Shown one piece after another: positions 63,490-64,000 of a stretch of DNA of 64,000 nucleotides. This DNA comes from Octopus sinensis (Eukaryota), in NCBI RefSeq assembly GCF_006345805.1, contig NC_043001.1:124930001-124994000 (forward strand). The letters run 5' to 3'. Under the pieces are notes generated by a model that saw only the letters and a list, made by a program, of their open reading frames with translations, ran no database searches and had not been told where the DNA came from. Position numbers and translations under genes: made by a program. Position 1 is the first letter of the stretch. Every line of letters starts with the position of its first letter.

Positions 63490-64000
63490 AATTTCTGCGT
63501 CATTAAAAACCTATTGGCCACAGTAGTACAGCTTCAAGAGAAACAACAAGAACAACTACAGGAGTTGCAAGAACAAATACTACAATAACAACAGCAATTA
63601 ATTGAGTTACAGTCGGCGAAGTCCGAAAATCCAGTAAGCTCGTTTACGCTGGATGGCGTGACTAATCCAATCTCTGAATTTACGCATAATCCGGAGGTGG
63701 GTATTACGTTTCCCGCCTATTATAGGAGATACGAGGACATTTTTAGCAACTAGTGCAAATCATGGTCGGAGGAGCAGAAAGTAAGGTCTTTTACTACGCA
63801 AGGTAGCTCCTGACGAACATGAACGTTACTGTAACTTTTTTCTACCAAAAAAGTGAGATTGGTTTCCAAGAAACCATGGAACTGCTTTCAAAACTTTTTG
63901 GTGATAGAAGTTCATTATTCAACACCAGAATGGAATGTTGGAACTTAGCAAAAAATGAGGAGGAGGATTTTATCACCTACGCCGGTGTAGTCGACCGTAT
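63490..64000 (+). pseudogene. Ty3/Gypsy gag-like N-terminal region (frameshifted, runs off the window)
   Basis: ITFPAYYRRYEDIF...WSEEQKVR.LLRK...EHERYCNF.LPK...LFGDRSSLFNTR.EC.NL.K.EEEDF..YAG.V resembles invertebrate Gypsy gag. Confidence 0.75.

Overview
Eukaryotic, AT-rich, microsatellite-saturated DNA with no recognisable host protein-coding exon. The tRNA-headed SINE families and the (TA)n/(TATG)n density suggest an octopus/cephalopod genome (inference). Nearly all listed ORFs are translated microsatellites. The window is a mosaic of four tRNA-derived SINE families (my labels A-D) and decayed autonomous elements: an R4/Dong-like RLE LINE, CR1 LINEs, Penelope-like elements (PLEs), mariner, hAT/Charlie, Helitron-like elements and the start of a Gypsy LTR element. 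There is one 100-N gap. The main signal is a set of type I hammerhead ribozyme (HHR) motifs, about 10 loci in several families. They lie in short non-coding units or PLE 3' ends that repeatedly form tandem and head-to-head inverted arrays anchored in (TA)n. The best case is a highly structured 469-bp monomer at 8821-10015 (two tandem copies plus one inverted copy), each copy carrying an HHR with a palindromic stem III and a very long stem II. It resembles a retrozyme or PLE pseudo-LTR. A second notable item is a 1.87-kb ORF1-only (RRM-like + CCHC), HAL1-like retroelement inserted into the Gypsy 5' LTR. All structures were read by eye; no database search or folding program was run.
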